A stretch of DNA of 64,000 nt from Auanema rhodensis. Taxonomy: Eukaryota; Animalia; Nematoda. Both the position numbers and the translations under genes were made by a program. Where the stretch lies: contig OZ059894.1 in assembly GCA_964057225.1 (NCBI GenBank), forward strand, positions 1-64,000, read 5' to 3'. Every line of letters starts with the position of its first letter. The first letter of the stretch is position 1. The notes under the pieces are model-generated. The model saw nothing but the letters and a program-made list of their open reading frames with translations. It did no database searches and was not told the origin of the DNA. This document shows, piece after piece, positions 16,001 through 29,771 of this stretch.

Positions 16001-19000
16001 TTTAATTAGCATAAATTAAAGTTCACGTAAATTTCAAAGTCATGGTTACCATGAAGCAATATCAATAAAAATTTGTTTTTAGACTAATATGGACATGGAG
16101 AATCTAATTTTGAAAACCGCATCTCTTTATCTTTCACGTGAAGCGAGTTACATACCAAGTGCACATCACGTGTACATTTAATTAGCATAAATTAAAGTTC
16201 ACGTAAATTTCAAAGTCATGGTTACCATGAAGCAATATCAATAAAAATTTGTTTTTAGACTAATAAGGACATGGGGAATCTAATTTTGAAAACCGCATCT
16301 CTTTATCTTTCACGTGAAGCGAGTTACATACCAAGTGCACATCACGTGTACATTTAATTAGCATAAATTAAAGTTCACGTAAATTTCAAAGTCATGGTTA
16401 CCATGAAGCAATATCAATAAAAATTTGTTTTTAGACTAATATGGACATGGGGAATCTAATTTTGAAAACCGCATCTCTTTATCTTTCACGTGAAGCGAGT
16501 TACATACCAAGTGCACATCACGTGTACATTTAATTAGCATAAATTAAAGTTCACGTAAATTTCAAAGTCATGGTTACCATGAAGCAATATCAATAAAAAT
16601 TTGTTTTTAGACTAATATGGACATGGGGAATCTAATTTTGAAAACCGCATCTCTTTATCTTTCACGTGAAGCGAGTTACATACCAAGTGCACATCACGTG
16701 TACATTTAATTAGCATAAATTAAAGTTCACGTAAATTTCAAAGTCATGGTTACCATGAACCAATATCAATCAAAATTTGTTTTTAGACTAATATGGACAT
16801 GGGGAATCTAATTTTGAAAACCGCATCTCTTTATCTTTCACGTGAAGCGAGTTACATACCAAGTGCACATCACGTGTACATTTAATTAGCATAAATTAAA
16901 GTTCACGTAAATTTCAAAGTCATGGTTACCATGCACCAATATCAATAAAAATTTGTTTTTAGACTAATATGGACATGGGGAATCTAATTTTGAAAACCGC
17001 ATCTCTTTATCTTTCACGTGAAGCGAGTTACATACCAAGTGCACATCACGTGTACATTTAATTAGCATAAATTAAAGTTCACGTAAATTTCAAAGTCATG
17101 GTTACCATGCACCAATATCAATAAAAATTTGTTTTTAGACTAATATGGACATGGGGAATCTAATTTTGAAAACCGCATCTCTTTATCTTTCACGTGAAGC
17201 GAGTTACATACCAAGTGCACATCACGTGTACATTTAATTAGCATAAATTAAAGTTCACGTAAATTTCAAAGTCATGGTTACCATAAACCAATATCAATAA
17301 AAATTTGTTTTTAGACTAATATGGACATGGGGAATCTAATTTTGAAAACCGCATCTCTTTATCTTTCACGTGAAGCGAGTTACATACCAAGTGCACATCA
17401 CGTGTACATTTAATTAGCATAAATTAAAGTTCACGTAAATTTCAAAGTCATGGTTACCATGAAGCAATATCAATAAAAATTTGTTTTTAGACTAATATGG
17501 ACATGGGGAATCTAATTTTGAAAACCGCATCTCTTTATCTTTCACGTGAAGCGAGTTACATACCAAGTGCACATCACGTGTACATTTAATTAGCATGAAT
17601 TAAAGTTCACGTAAATTTCAAAGTCATGGTTACCATGAAGCAATATCAATAAACATTTGTTTTTAGACTAATATGGACATGGGGAATCTAATTTTGAAAA
17701 CCGCATCTCTTTATCTTTCACGTGAAGCGAGTTACATACCAAGTGCACATCACGTGTACATTTAATTAGCATAAATTAAAGTTCACGTAAATTTCAAAGT
17801 CATGGTTACCATGCACCAATATCAATAAAAATTTGTTTTTAGACTAATATGGACATGGGAAATCTAATTTTGAAAACCGCATCTCTTTATCTTTCACGTG
17901 AAGCGAGTTACATACCAAGAGCACATCACGTGTACATTTAATTAGCATAAATTAAAGTTCACGTAAATTTCAAAGTCATGGTTACCATGAACCAATATCA
18001 ATAAAAATTTGTTTTTAGACTAATATGAACATGGGGAATCTAATTTTGAAAACCGCATCTCTTTATCTTTCACGTGAAGCGAGTTACATACCAAGTGCAC
18101 ATCACGTGTACATTTAATTAGCATAAATTAAAGTTCACGTAAATTTCAAAGTCATGGTTACCATGAACCAATATCAATAAAAATTTGTTTTTAGACTAAT
18201 ATGGACATGGGGAATCTAATTGTGAAAACCGCATTTCTTTATCTTTCACGTGAAGCGAGTTACATACCAAGTGCACATCACGTGTACATTTAATTAGCAT
18301 AAATTAAAGTTCACGTAAATTTCAAAGTCATGGTTACCATGAAGCAATATCAATAAAAATTTGTTTTTAGACTAATATGGATATGGGGAATCTAATTTTG
18401 AAAACCGCATCTCTTTATCTTTCACGTGAAGCGAGTTACATACCAAGTGCACATCACGTGTACATTTAATTAGCATAAATTAAAGTTCACGTAAATTTCA
18501 AAGTCATGGTTACCATGAACCAATATCAATAAAAATTTGTTTTTAGACTAATATGGACATGGGGAATCTAATTTTGAAAACCGCATTTCTTTATCTTTCA
18601 CGTGAAGCGAGTTACATACCAAGTGCACATCACGTGTACATTTAATTAGCATAAATTAAAGTTCACGTAAATTTCAAAGTCATGGTTACCATGAACCAAT
18701 ATCAATAAAAATTTGTTTTTAGACTAATATGGACATGGGGAATCTAATTTTGAAAACCGCATCTCTTTATCTTTCACGTGAAGCGAGTTACATACCAAGT
18801 GCACATCACGTGTACATTTAATTAGCATAAATTAAAGTTCACGTAAATTTCAAAGTCATGGTTACCATGAACCAATATCAATAAAAATTTGTTTTTAGAC
18901 TAATATGGACATGGGGAATCTAATTTTGAAAACCGCATCTCTTTATCTTTCACGTGAAGCGAGTTACATACCAAGTGCACATCACGTGTACATTTAATTA

Positions 19001-22000
19001 GCATAAATTAAAGTTCACGTAAATTTCAAAGTCATGGTTACCATGAACCAATATCAATAAAAATTTGTTTTTAGACTAATATGGACATGGGGAATCTAAT
19101 TTTGAAAACCGCATTTCTTTATCTTTCACGTGAAGCGAGTTACATACCAAGTGCACATCACGTGTACATTTAATTAGCATAAATTAAAGTTCACGTAAAT
19201 TTCAAAGTCATGGTTACCATGAACCAATATCAATAAAAATTTGTTTTTAGACTAATATGGACATGGGGAATCTAATTTTGAAAACCGCATCTCTTTATCT
19301 TTCACGTGAAGCGAGTTACATACCAAGTGCACATCACGTGTACATTTAATTAGCATAAATTAAAGTTCACGTAAATTTCAAAGTCATGGTTACCATGAAG
19401 CAATATCAATAAAAATTTGTTTTTAGACTAATATGGACATGGGGAATCTAATTTTGAAAACCGCATCTCTTTATCTTTCACGTGAAGCGAGTTACATACC
19501 AAGTGCACATCACGTGTACATTTAATTAGCATAAATTAAAGTTCACGTAAATTTCAAAGTCATGGTTACCATGCACCAATATCAATAAAAATTTGTTTTT
19601 AGACTAATATGGACATGGGGAATCTAATTTTGGAAACCGCATCTCTTTATCTTTCACGTGAAGCGAGTTACATACCAAGTGCACATCACGTGTACATTTA
19701 ATTAGCATAAATTAAAGTTCACGTAAATTTCAAAGTCATGGTTACCATGAACCAATATCAATAAAAATTTGTTTTTAGACTAATATGGACATGGGGAATC
19801 TAATTTTGAAAACCGCATCTCTTTATCTTTCACGTAAAGCGAGTTACATACCAAGTGCACATCACGTGTACATTTAATTAGCATAAATTAAAGTTCACGT
19901 AAATTTCAAAGTTATGGTTACCATGAACCAATATCAATAAAAATTTGTTTTTAGACTAATATGGACATGGGGAATCTAATTTTGAAAACCGCATCTCTTT
20001 ATCTTTCACGTGAAGCGAGTTACATACCAAGTGCACATCACGTGTACATTTAATTAGCATAAATTAAAGTTCACGTAAATTTCAAAGTCATGGTTACCAT
20101 GCACCAATATCAATAAAAATTTGTTTTTAGACTAATATGGACATGGGGAATCTAATTTTGGAAACCGCATCTCTTTATCTTTCACGTGAAGCGAGTTACA
20201 TACCAAGTGCACATCACGTGTACATTTAATTAGCATAAATTAAAGTTCACGTAAATTTCAAAGTCATGGTTACCATGAACCAATATCAATAAAAATTTGT
20301 TTTTAGACTAATATGGACATGGGGAATCTAATTTTGAAAACCGCATCTCTTTATCTTTCACGTGAAGCGAGTTACATACCAAGTGCACATCACGTGTACA
20401 TTTAATTAGCATAAATTAAAGTTCACGTAAATTTCAAAGTTATGGTTACCATGAACCAATATCAATAAAAATTTGTTTTTAGACTAATATGGACATGGGG
20501 AATCTAATTTTGAAAACCGCATCTCTTTATCTTTCACGTGAAGCGAGTTACATACCAAGTGCACATCACGTGTACATTTAATTAGCATAAATTAAAGTTC
20601 ACGTAAACTTCAAAGTCATGGTTACCATGAAGCAATATCAATAAAAATTTGTTTTTAGACTAATATGGACATGGGGAATCTAATTTTGAAAACCGCATCT
20701 CTTTATCTTTCACGTGAAGCGAGTTACATACCAAGTGCACATCACGTGTACATTTAATTAGCATAAATTAAAGTTCACGTAAATTTCAAAGTCATGGTTA
20801 CCATGAACCAATATCAATAAAAATTTGTTTTTAGACTAATATGGACATGGGGAATCTAATTTTGAAAACCGCATCTCTTTATCTTTCACGTGAAGCGAGT
20901 TACATACCAAGTGCACATCACGTGTACATTTAATTAGCATAAATTAAAGTTCACGTAAATTTCAAAGTCATGGTTACCATGAAGCAATATCAATAAAAAT
21001 TTGTTTTTAGACTAATATGGACATGGGGAATCTAATTTTGAAAACCGCATCTCTTTATCTTTCACGTGAAGCGAGTTACATACCAAGTGCACATCACGTG
21101 TACATTTAATTAGCATAAATTAAAGTTCACGTAAATTTCAAAGTCATGGTTACCATGCACCAATATCAATGAAAATTTGTTTTTAGACTAATATGGACAT
21201 GGGGAATCTAATTTTGGAAACCGCATCTCTTTATCTTTCACGTGAAGCGAGTTACATACCAAGTGCACATCACGTGTACATTTAATTAGCATAAATTAAA
21301 GTTCACGTAAATTTCAAAGTCATGGTTACCATGAAGCAATATCAATAAAAATTTGTTTTTAGACTAATATGGACATGGAGAATCTAATTTTGAAAACCGC
21401 ATCTCTTTATCTTTCACGTGAAGCGAGTTACATACCAAGTGCACATCACGTGTACATTTAATTAGCATAAATTAAAGTTCACGTAAATTTCAAAGTCATG
21501 GTTACCATGAAGCAATATCAATAAAAATTTGTTTTTAGACTAATATGGACATGGGGAATCTAATTTTGAAAACCGCATCTCTTTATCTTTCACGTGAAGC
21601 GAGTTACATACCAAGTGCACATCACGTGTACATTTAATTAGCATAAATTAAAGTTCACGTAAATTTCAAAGTCATGGTTACCATGAAGCAATATCAATAA
21701 AAATTTGTTTTTAGACTAATATGGACATGGGGAATCTAATTTTGAAAACCGCATCTCTTTATCTTTCACGTGAAGCGAGTTACATACCAAGTGCACATCA
21801 CGTGTACATTTAATTAGCATACATAAATTAAAGTTCACGTAAATTTCAAAGTCATGGTTACCATGAAGCAATATCAATAAAAATTTGTTTTTAGACTAAT
21901 ATGGACATGGGGAATCTAATTTTGAAAACCGCATCTCTTTATCTTTCACGTGAAGCGAGTTACATACCAAGTGCACATCACGTGTACATTTAATTAGCAT

Positions 22001-25000
22001 AAATTAAAGTTCACGTAAATTTCAAAGTCATGGTTACCATAAACCAATATCAATAAAAATTTGTTTTTAGACTAATATGGACATGGGGAATCTAATTTTG
22101 AAAACCGCATCTCTTTATCTTTCACGTGAAGCGAGTTACATACCAAGTGCACATCACGTGTACATTTAATTAGCATAAATTAAAGTTCACGTAAATTTCA
22201 AAGTCATGGTTACCATAAACCAATATCAATAAAAATTTGTTTTTAGACTAATATGGACATGGGGAATCTAATTTTGAAAACCGCATCTCTTTATCTTTCA
22301 CGTGAAGCGAGTTACATACCAAGTGCACATCACGTGTACATTTAATTAGCATAAATTAAAGTTCACGTAAATTTCAAAGTCATGGTTACCATGAAGCAAT
22401 ATCAATAAAAATTTGTTTTTAGACTAAAATGGACATGGGGAATCTAATTTTGAAAACCGCATCTCTTTATCTTTCACGTGAAGCGAGTTACATACCAAGT
22501 GCACATCACGTGTACATTTAATTAGCATAAATTAAAGTTCACGTAAATTTCAAAGTCATGGTTACCATGAAGCAATATCAATAAAAATTTGTTTTTAGAC
22601 TAATATGGACATGGGGAATCTAATTTTGAAAACCGCATCTCTTTATCTTTCACGTGAAGCGAGTTACATACCAAGTGCACATCACGTGTACATTTAATTA
22701 GCATAAATTAAAGTTCACGTAAACTTCAAAGTCATGGTTACCATGAAGCAATATCAATAAAAATTTGTTTTTAGACTAATATGGACATGGGGAATCTAAT
22801 TTTGAAAACCGCATCTCTTGATCTTTCACGTGAAGCGAGTTACATACCAAGTGCACATCACGTGTACATTTAATTAGCATAAATTAAAGTTCACGTAAAT
22901 TTCAAAGTCATGGTTACCATGAAGCAATATCAATAAAAATTTGTTTTTAGACTAATATGGACATGGGGAATCTAATTTTGAAAACCGCATCTCTTTATCT
23001 TTCACGTGAAGCGAGTTACATACCAAGTGCACATCACGTGTACATTTAATTAGCATAAATTAAAGTTCACGTAAATTTCAAAGTCATGGTTACCATGAAG
23101 CAATATCAATAAAAATTTGTTTTTAGACTAATATGGACATGGGGAATCTAATTTTGAAAACCGCATCTCTTTATCTTTCACGTGAAGCGAGTTACATACC
23201 AAGTGCACATCACGTGTACATTTAATTAGCATAAATTAAAGTTCACGTAAATTTCAAAGTCATGGTTACCATGAACCAATATCAATCAAAATTTGTTTTT
23301 AGACTAATATGGACATGGGGAATCTAATTTTGAAAACCGCATCTCTTTATCTTTCACGTGAAGCGAGTTACATACCAAGAGCACATCACGTGTACATTTA
23401 ATTAGCATAAATTAAAGTTCACGTAAATTTCAAAGTCATGGTTACCATGCACCAATATCAATAAAAATTTGTTTTTAGACTAATATGGACATGGGGAATC
23501 TAATTTTGAAAACCGCATCTCTTTATCTTTCACGTGAAGCGAGTTACATACCAAGTGCACATCACGTGTACATTTAATTAGCATAAATTAAAGTTCACGT
23601 AAATTTCAAAGTCATGGTTACCATGCACCAATATCAATAAAAATTTGTTTTTAGACTAATATGGACATGGGGAATCTAATTTTGAAAACCGCATCTCTTT
23701 ATCTTTCACGTGAAGCGAGTTACATACCAAGTGCACATCACGTGTACATTTAATTAGCATAAATTAAAGTTCACGTAAATTTCAAAGTCATGGTTACCAT
23801 AAACCAATATCAATAAAAATTTGTTTTTAGACTAATATGGACATGGGGAATCTAATTTTGAAAACCGCATCTCTTTATCTTTCACGTGAAGCGAGTTACA
23901 TACCAAGTGCACATCACGTGTACATTTAATTAGCATAAATTAAAGTTCACGTAAATTTCAAAGTCATGGTTACCATGAAGCAATATCAATAAAAATTTGT
24001 TTTTAGACTAAAATGGACATGGGGAATCTAATTTTGAAAACCGCATCTCTTTATCTTTCACGTGAAGCGAGTTACATACCAAGTGCACATCACGTGTACA
24101 TTTAATTAGCATAAATTAAAGTTCACGTAAATTTCAAAGTCATGGTTACCATGAAGCAATATCAATAAAAATTTGTTTTTAGACTAATATGGACATGGGG
24201 AATCTAATTTTGAAAACCGCATCTCTTTATCTTTCACGTGAAGCGAGTTACATACCAAGTGCACATCACGTGTACATTTAATTAGCATAAATTAAAGTTC
24301 ACGTAAACTTCAAAGTCATGGTTACCATGAAGCAATATCAATAAAAATTTGTTTTTAGACTAATATGGACATGGGGAATCTAATTTTGAAAACCGCATCT
24401 CTTTATCTTTCACGTGAAGCGAGTTACATACCAAGTGCACATCACGTGTACATTTAATTAGCATAAATTAAAGTTCACGTAAATTTCAAAGTCATGGTTA
24501 CCATGCACCAATATCAATAAAAATTTGTTTTTAGACTAATATGGACATGGGAAATCTAATTTTGAAAACCGCATCTCTTTATCTTTCACGTGAAGCGAGT
24601 TACATACCAAGAGCACATCACGTGTACATTCAATTAGCATAAATTAAAGTTCACGTAAATTTCAAAGTCATGGTTACCATGAACCAATATCAATAAAAAT
24701 TTGTTTTTAGACTAATATGGACATGGGGAATCTAATTTTGAAAACCGCATTTCTTTATCTTTCACGTGAAGCGAGTTACATACCAAGTGCACATCACGTG
24801 TACATTTAATTAGCATAAATTAAAGTTCACGTAAATTTCAAAGTCATGGTTACCATGCACCAATATCAATAAAAATTTGTTTTTAGACTAATATGGACAT
24901 GGGGAATCTAATTTTGAAAACCGCATCTCTTTATCTTTCACGTGAAGCGAGTTACATACCAAGTGCACATCACGTGTACATTTAAATAGCATAAATTAAA

Positions 25001-28000
25001 GTTCACGTAAATTTCAAAGTCATGGTTACCATGAACCAATATCAATAAAAATTTGTTTTTAGACTAATATGGACATGGGGAATCTAATTTTGGAAACCGC
25101 ATCTCTTTATCTTTCACGTGAAGCGAGTTACATACCAAGTGCACATCACGTGTACATTTAATTAGCATAAATTAAAGTTCACGTAAACTTCAAAGTCATG
25201 GTTACCATGAAGCAATATCAATAAAAATTTGTTTTTAGACTGATATGGACATGGGGAATCTAATTTTGAAAACCGCATCTCTTTATCTTTCACGTGAAGC
25301 GAGTTACATACCAAGTGCACATCACGTGTACATTTAATTAGCATAAATTAAAGTTCACGTAAATTTCAAAGTCATGGTTACCATGAACCAATATCAATAA
25401 AAATTTGTTTTTAGACTAATATGGACATGGGGAATCTAATTTTGAAAACCGCATCTCTTTATCTTTCACGTGAAGCGAGTTACATACCAAGTGCACATCA
25501 CGTGTACATTTAATTAGCATAAATTAAAGTTCACGTAAATTTCAAAGTCATGGTTACCATGAACCAATATCAATAAAAATTTGTTTTTAGACTAATATGG
25601 ACATGGGGAATCTAATTTTGAAAACCGCATCTCTTTATCTTTCACGTGAAGCGAGTTACATACCAAGTGCACATCACGTGTACATTTAATTAGCATAAAT
25701 TAAAGTTCACGTAAATTTCAAAGTCATGGTTACCATGAAGCAATATCAATAAAAATTTGTTTTTAGACTAATATGGACATGGGGAATCTAATTTTGAAAA
25801 CCGCATCTCTTTATCTTCCACGTGAAGCGAGTTACATACCAAGTGCACATCACGTGTACATTTAATTAGCATAAATTAAAGTTCACGTAAATTTCAAAGT
25901 CATGGTTACCATGAACCAATATCAATAAAAATTTGTTTTTAGACTAATATGGACATGGGGAATCTAATTTTGAAAACCGCATCTCTTTATCTTTCACGTG
26001 AAGCGAGTTACATACCAAGTGCACATCACGTGTACATTTAATTAGCATAAATTAAAGTTCACGTAAATTTCAAAGTCATGGTTACCATGAAGCAATATCA
26101 ATAAAAATTTGTTTTTAGACTAATATGGACATGGGGAATCTAATTTTGAAAACCGCATCTCTTTATCTTTCACGTGAAGCGAGTTACATACCAAGTGCAC
26201 ATCACGTGTACATTTAATTAGCATAAATTAAAGTTCACGTAAATTTCAAAGTCATGGTTACCATGCACCAATATCAATAAAAATTTGTTTTTAGACTAAT
26301 ATGGACATGGGGAATCTAATTTTGGAAACCGCATCTCTTTATCTTTCACGTGAAGCGAGTTACATACCAAGTGCACATCACGTGTACATTTAATTAGCAT
26401 AAATTAAAGTTCACGTAAATTTCAAAGTCATGGTTACCATGAACCAATATCAATAAAAATTTGTTTTTAGACTAATGTGGACATGGGGAATCTAATTTTG
26501 AAAACCGCATCTCTTTATCTTTCACGTGAAGCGAGTTACATACCAAGTGCACATCACGTGTACATTTAATTAGCATAAATTAAAGTTCACGTAAATTTCA
26601 AAGTCATGGTTACCATGAACCAATATCAATAAAAATTTGTTTTTAGACTAATATGGACATGGGGAATCTAATTTTGAAAACCGCATCTCTTTATCTTTCA
26701 CGTGAAGCGAGTTACATACCAAGTGCACATCACGTGTACATTTAATTAGCATAAATTAAAGTTCACGTAAACTTCAAAGTCATGGTTACCATGAAGCAAT
26801 ATCAATAAAAATTTGTTTTTAGCCTAATATGGACATGGGGAATCTAATTTTGAAAACCGCATCTCTTTATCTTTCACGTGAAGCGAGTTACATACCAAGT
26901 GCACATCACGTGTACATTTAATTAGCATAAATTAAAGTTCACGTAAATTTCAAAGTCATGGTTACCATGAACCAATATCAATAAAAATTTGTTTTTAGAC
27001 TAATATGGACATGGGGAATCTAATTTTGAAAACCGCATCTTTTTATCTTTCACGTGAAGCGAGTTACATACCAAGTGCACATCACGTGTACATTTAATTA
27101 GCATAAATTAAAGATCACGTAAATTTCAAAGTCATGGTTACCATGAAGCAATATCAATAAAAATTTGTTTTTAGACTAATATGGACATGGGGAATCTAAT
27201 TTTGAAAACCGCATCTCTTTATCTTTCACGTGAAGCGAGTTACATACCAAGTGCACATCACGTGTACATTTAATTAGCATAAATTAAAGTTCACGTAAAT
27301 TTCAAAGTCATGGTTACCATGCACCAATATCAATAAAAATTTGTTTTTAGACTAATATGGACATGGGGAATCTAATTTTGGAAACCGCATCTCTTTATCT
27401 TTCACGTGAAGCGAGTTACATACCAAGTGCACATCACGTGTACATTTAATTAGCATAAATTAAAGTTCACGTAAATTTCAAAGTCATGGTTACCATGAAC
27501 CAATATCAATAAAAATTTGTTTTTAGACTAATGTGGACATGGGGAATCTAATTTTGAAAACCGCATCTCTTTATCTTTCACGTGAAGCGAGTTACATACC
27601 AAGTGCACATCACGTGTACATTTAATTAGCATAAATTAAAGTTCACGTAAATTTCAAAGTCATGGTTACCATGAAGCAATATCAATAAAAATTTGTTTTT
27701 AGACTAATATGGACATGGAGAATCTAATTTTGAAAACCGCATCTCTTTATCTTTCACGTGAAGCGAGTTACATACCAAGTGCACATCACGTGTACATTTA
27801 ATTAGCATAAATTAAAGTTCACGTAAATTTCAAAGTCATGGTTACCATGAAGCAATATCAATAAAAATTTGTTTTTAGACTAATATGGACATGGGGAATC
27901 TAATTTTGAAAACCGCATCTCTTTATCTTTCACGTGAAGCGAGTTACATACCAAGTGCACATCACGTGTACATTTAATTAGCATAAATTAAAGTTCACGT

Positions 28001-29195
28001 AAATTTCAAAGTCATGGTTACCATGAAGCAATATCAATAAAAATTTGTTTTTAGACTAATATGGACATGGGGAATCTAATTTTGAAAACCGCATCTCTTT
28101 ATCTTTCACGTGAAGCGAGTTACATACCAAGTGCACATCACGTGTACATTTAATTAGCATAAATTAAAGTTCACGTAAATTTCAAAGTCATGGTTACCAT
28201 GAACCAATATCAATCAAAATTTGTTTTTAGACTAATATGGACATGGGGAATCTAATTTTGAAAACCGCATCTCTTTTTCTTTCACGTGAAGCGAGTTACA
28301 TACCAAGTGCACATCACGTGTACATTTAATTAGCATGAATTAAAGTTCACGTAAATTTCAAAGTCATGGTTACCATGCACCAATATCAATAAAAATTTGT
28401 TTTTAGACTAATATGGACATGGGGAATCTAATTTTGAAAACCGCATCTCTTTATCTTTCACGTGAAGCGAGTTACATACCAAGTGCACATCACGTGTACA
28501 TTTAATTAGCATAAATTAAAGTTCACGTAAATTTCAAAGTCATGGTTACCATGCACCAATATCAATAAAAATTTGTTTTTAGACTAATATGGACATGGGG
28601 AATCTAATTTTGAAAACCGCATCTCTTTATCTTTCACGTGAAGCGAGTTACATACCAAGTGCACATCACGTGTACATTTAATTAGCATAAATTAAAGTTC
28701 ACGTAAATTTCAAAGTCATGGTTACCATGCACCAATATCAATAAAAATTTGTTTTTAGACTAATATGGACATGGGGAATCTAATTTTGAAAACCGCATCT
28801 CTTTATCTTTCACGTGAAGCGAGTTACATACCAAGTGCACATCACGTGTACATTTAATTAGCATAAATTAAAGTTCACGTAAATTTCAAAGTCATGGTTA
28901 CCATGAACCAATATCAATCAAAATTTGTTTTTAGACTAATATGGACATGGGGAATCTAATTTTGAAAACCGCATCTCTTTTTCTTTCACGTGAAGCGAGT
29001 TACATACCAAGTGCACATCACGTGTACATTTAATTAGCATGAATTAAAGTTCACGTAAATTTCAAAGTCATGGTTACCATGCACCAATATCAATAAAAAT
29101 TTGTTTTTAGACTAATATGGACATGGGGAATCTAATTTTGAAAACCGCATCTCTTTATCTTTCACGTGAAGCGAGTTACATACCAAGTGCACATC

Positions 29196-29233
29196 ACGTG
29201 TACATTTAATTAGCATAAATTAAAGTTCACGTA
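29196..29233 (+). repeat. Left copy of the 37-38 bp target-site duplication of LINE A
   Basis: ACGTGTACATTTAATTAGCATAAATTAAAGTTCACGTA precedes the element and recurs at 33107-33144. The variant order across the insertion matches the empty paralogous site near 38035, favouring duplication over deletion. Confidence 0.8.
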
Positions 29234-29234
29234 T

Positions 29235-29771
29235 GAGGTCACGGCGCGGAATGAGGTCATTGAAACCATTAGGACGAACAAAACCAAATGTTTCGAAAGC
29301 TTGTCTAAGACCTTTATTCGCCGCGACTATCTTCCTTTTGAGGTAGATCTTGAAAAAAAACTTCGCGAAGAAGCAAAAGCCAAAAATTTGGATAATGGTG
29401 AATCATTTCTCATTGTACGCGATCTTAAACTTATAAAGATTCCACGTAAATCAACTGCCCGTCCAACCACTCCTACTCCACATGTTCTTCTTAATACTTC
29501 TACTGTTTTAAATTGCAATCTAAATGTTCAATGTCCGTCCAATGTTGATTCTGGTGTTATATCTAGCCCCCCTTCTAAATCTAGTAGGAATAGTCGCTCA
29601 ACTGGCAGGTCAAAATTTCTTTCTCTGGAGAAGAAATCTTCTATTAGCCCCAGAAGAAGAAAGAATCCACCACGTTCTGTTAAGCCTACTGTTGAACTTC
29701 CTACTAGATCAAAAAGCGGATCCGATACAACATCTCTATCTCGGTCCTGTAACAACATGTCCTTTCGTTAA
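29235..29771 (+). CDS. ORF1 (nucleic-acid-binding protein), C-terminal ~178 aa, 5'-truncated
   Basis: The frame is open from the junction (EVTARNEVIETIRTNKTKCFESLSKTFIRRDYLPFE...SPRRRKNPPRS...MSFR*) and is homologous to element B ORF1. The track's TTG start at 29301 is not a real start. Confidence 0.85.
   Translation, partial: EVTARNEVIETIRTNKTKCFESLSKTFIRRDYLPFEVDLEKKLREEAKAKNLDNGESFLIVRDLKLIKIPRKSTARPTTPTPHVLLNTSTVLNCNLNVQCPSNVDSGVISSPPSKSSRNSRSTGRSKFLSLEKKSSISPRRRKNPPRSVKPTVELPTRSKSGSDTTSLSRSCNNMSFR
29757..29771 (+). promoter_or_regulatory. Putative +1 programmed ribosomal frameshift site (AUG UCC_UUU_CGU_UAA), element A
   Basis: The 15-mer is identical in both elements, ORF2 lies in the +1 frame, and the motif matches the influenza PA-X UCC_UUU_CGU shift site. 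Confidence 0.7.

Larger units (their letters stand above)
1..29233 (+). repeat. 176-bp tandem satellite array, left block (~166 monomers, runs off the window start)
   Basis: Monomer TAAAGTTCACGTAAATTTCAAAGTCATGGTTACCATG...GCACATCACGTGTACATTTAATTAGCATAAAT recurs every 176 bp (line phase returns at 1, 2641, 5281 = 15x176). Copies differ by 0-3 SNPs, and there is one 4-bp duplication (CATACATA, 21818-21825). Confidence 0.99.

Noticed and set aside
25162-25344. 60-aa minus-strand ORFs in the satellite (also 33473-33655 and 38401-38583)
   Set aside because: They arise only where a SNP removes the single TAG in one monomer frame. The 176-bp unit is not a multiple of 3 and no protein motif is recognisable.
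1-29233. CRISPR-like or RNA-gene (5S, SL, tRNA) tandem array
   Set aside because: There are no unique spacers or cas genes, and the monomer shows no 5S, tRNA or spliced-leader features I can recognise.
29524-29763. ATG at 29524/29542 as the true ORF2 start (80-aa hydrophobic N-terminal extension)
   Set aside because: It overlaps ORF1 and is not conserved: element B has a stop at 39709-39711 in this frame. It is most likely a chance open +1 frame.
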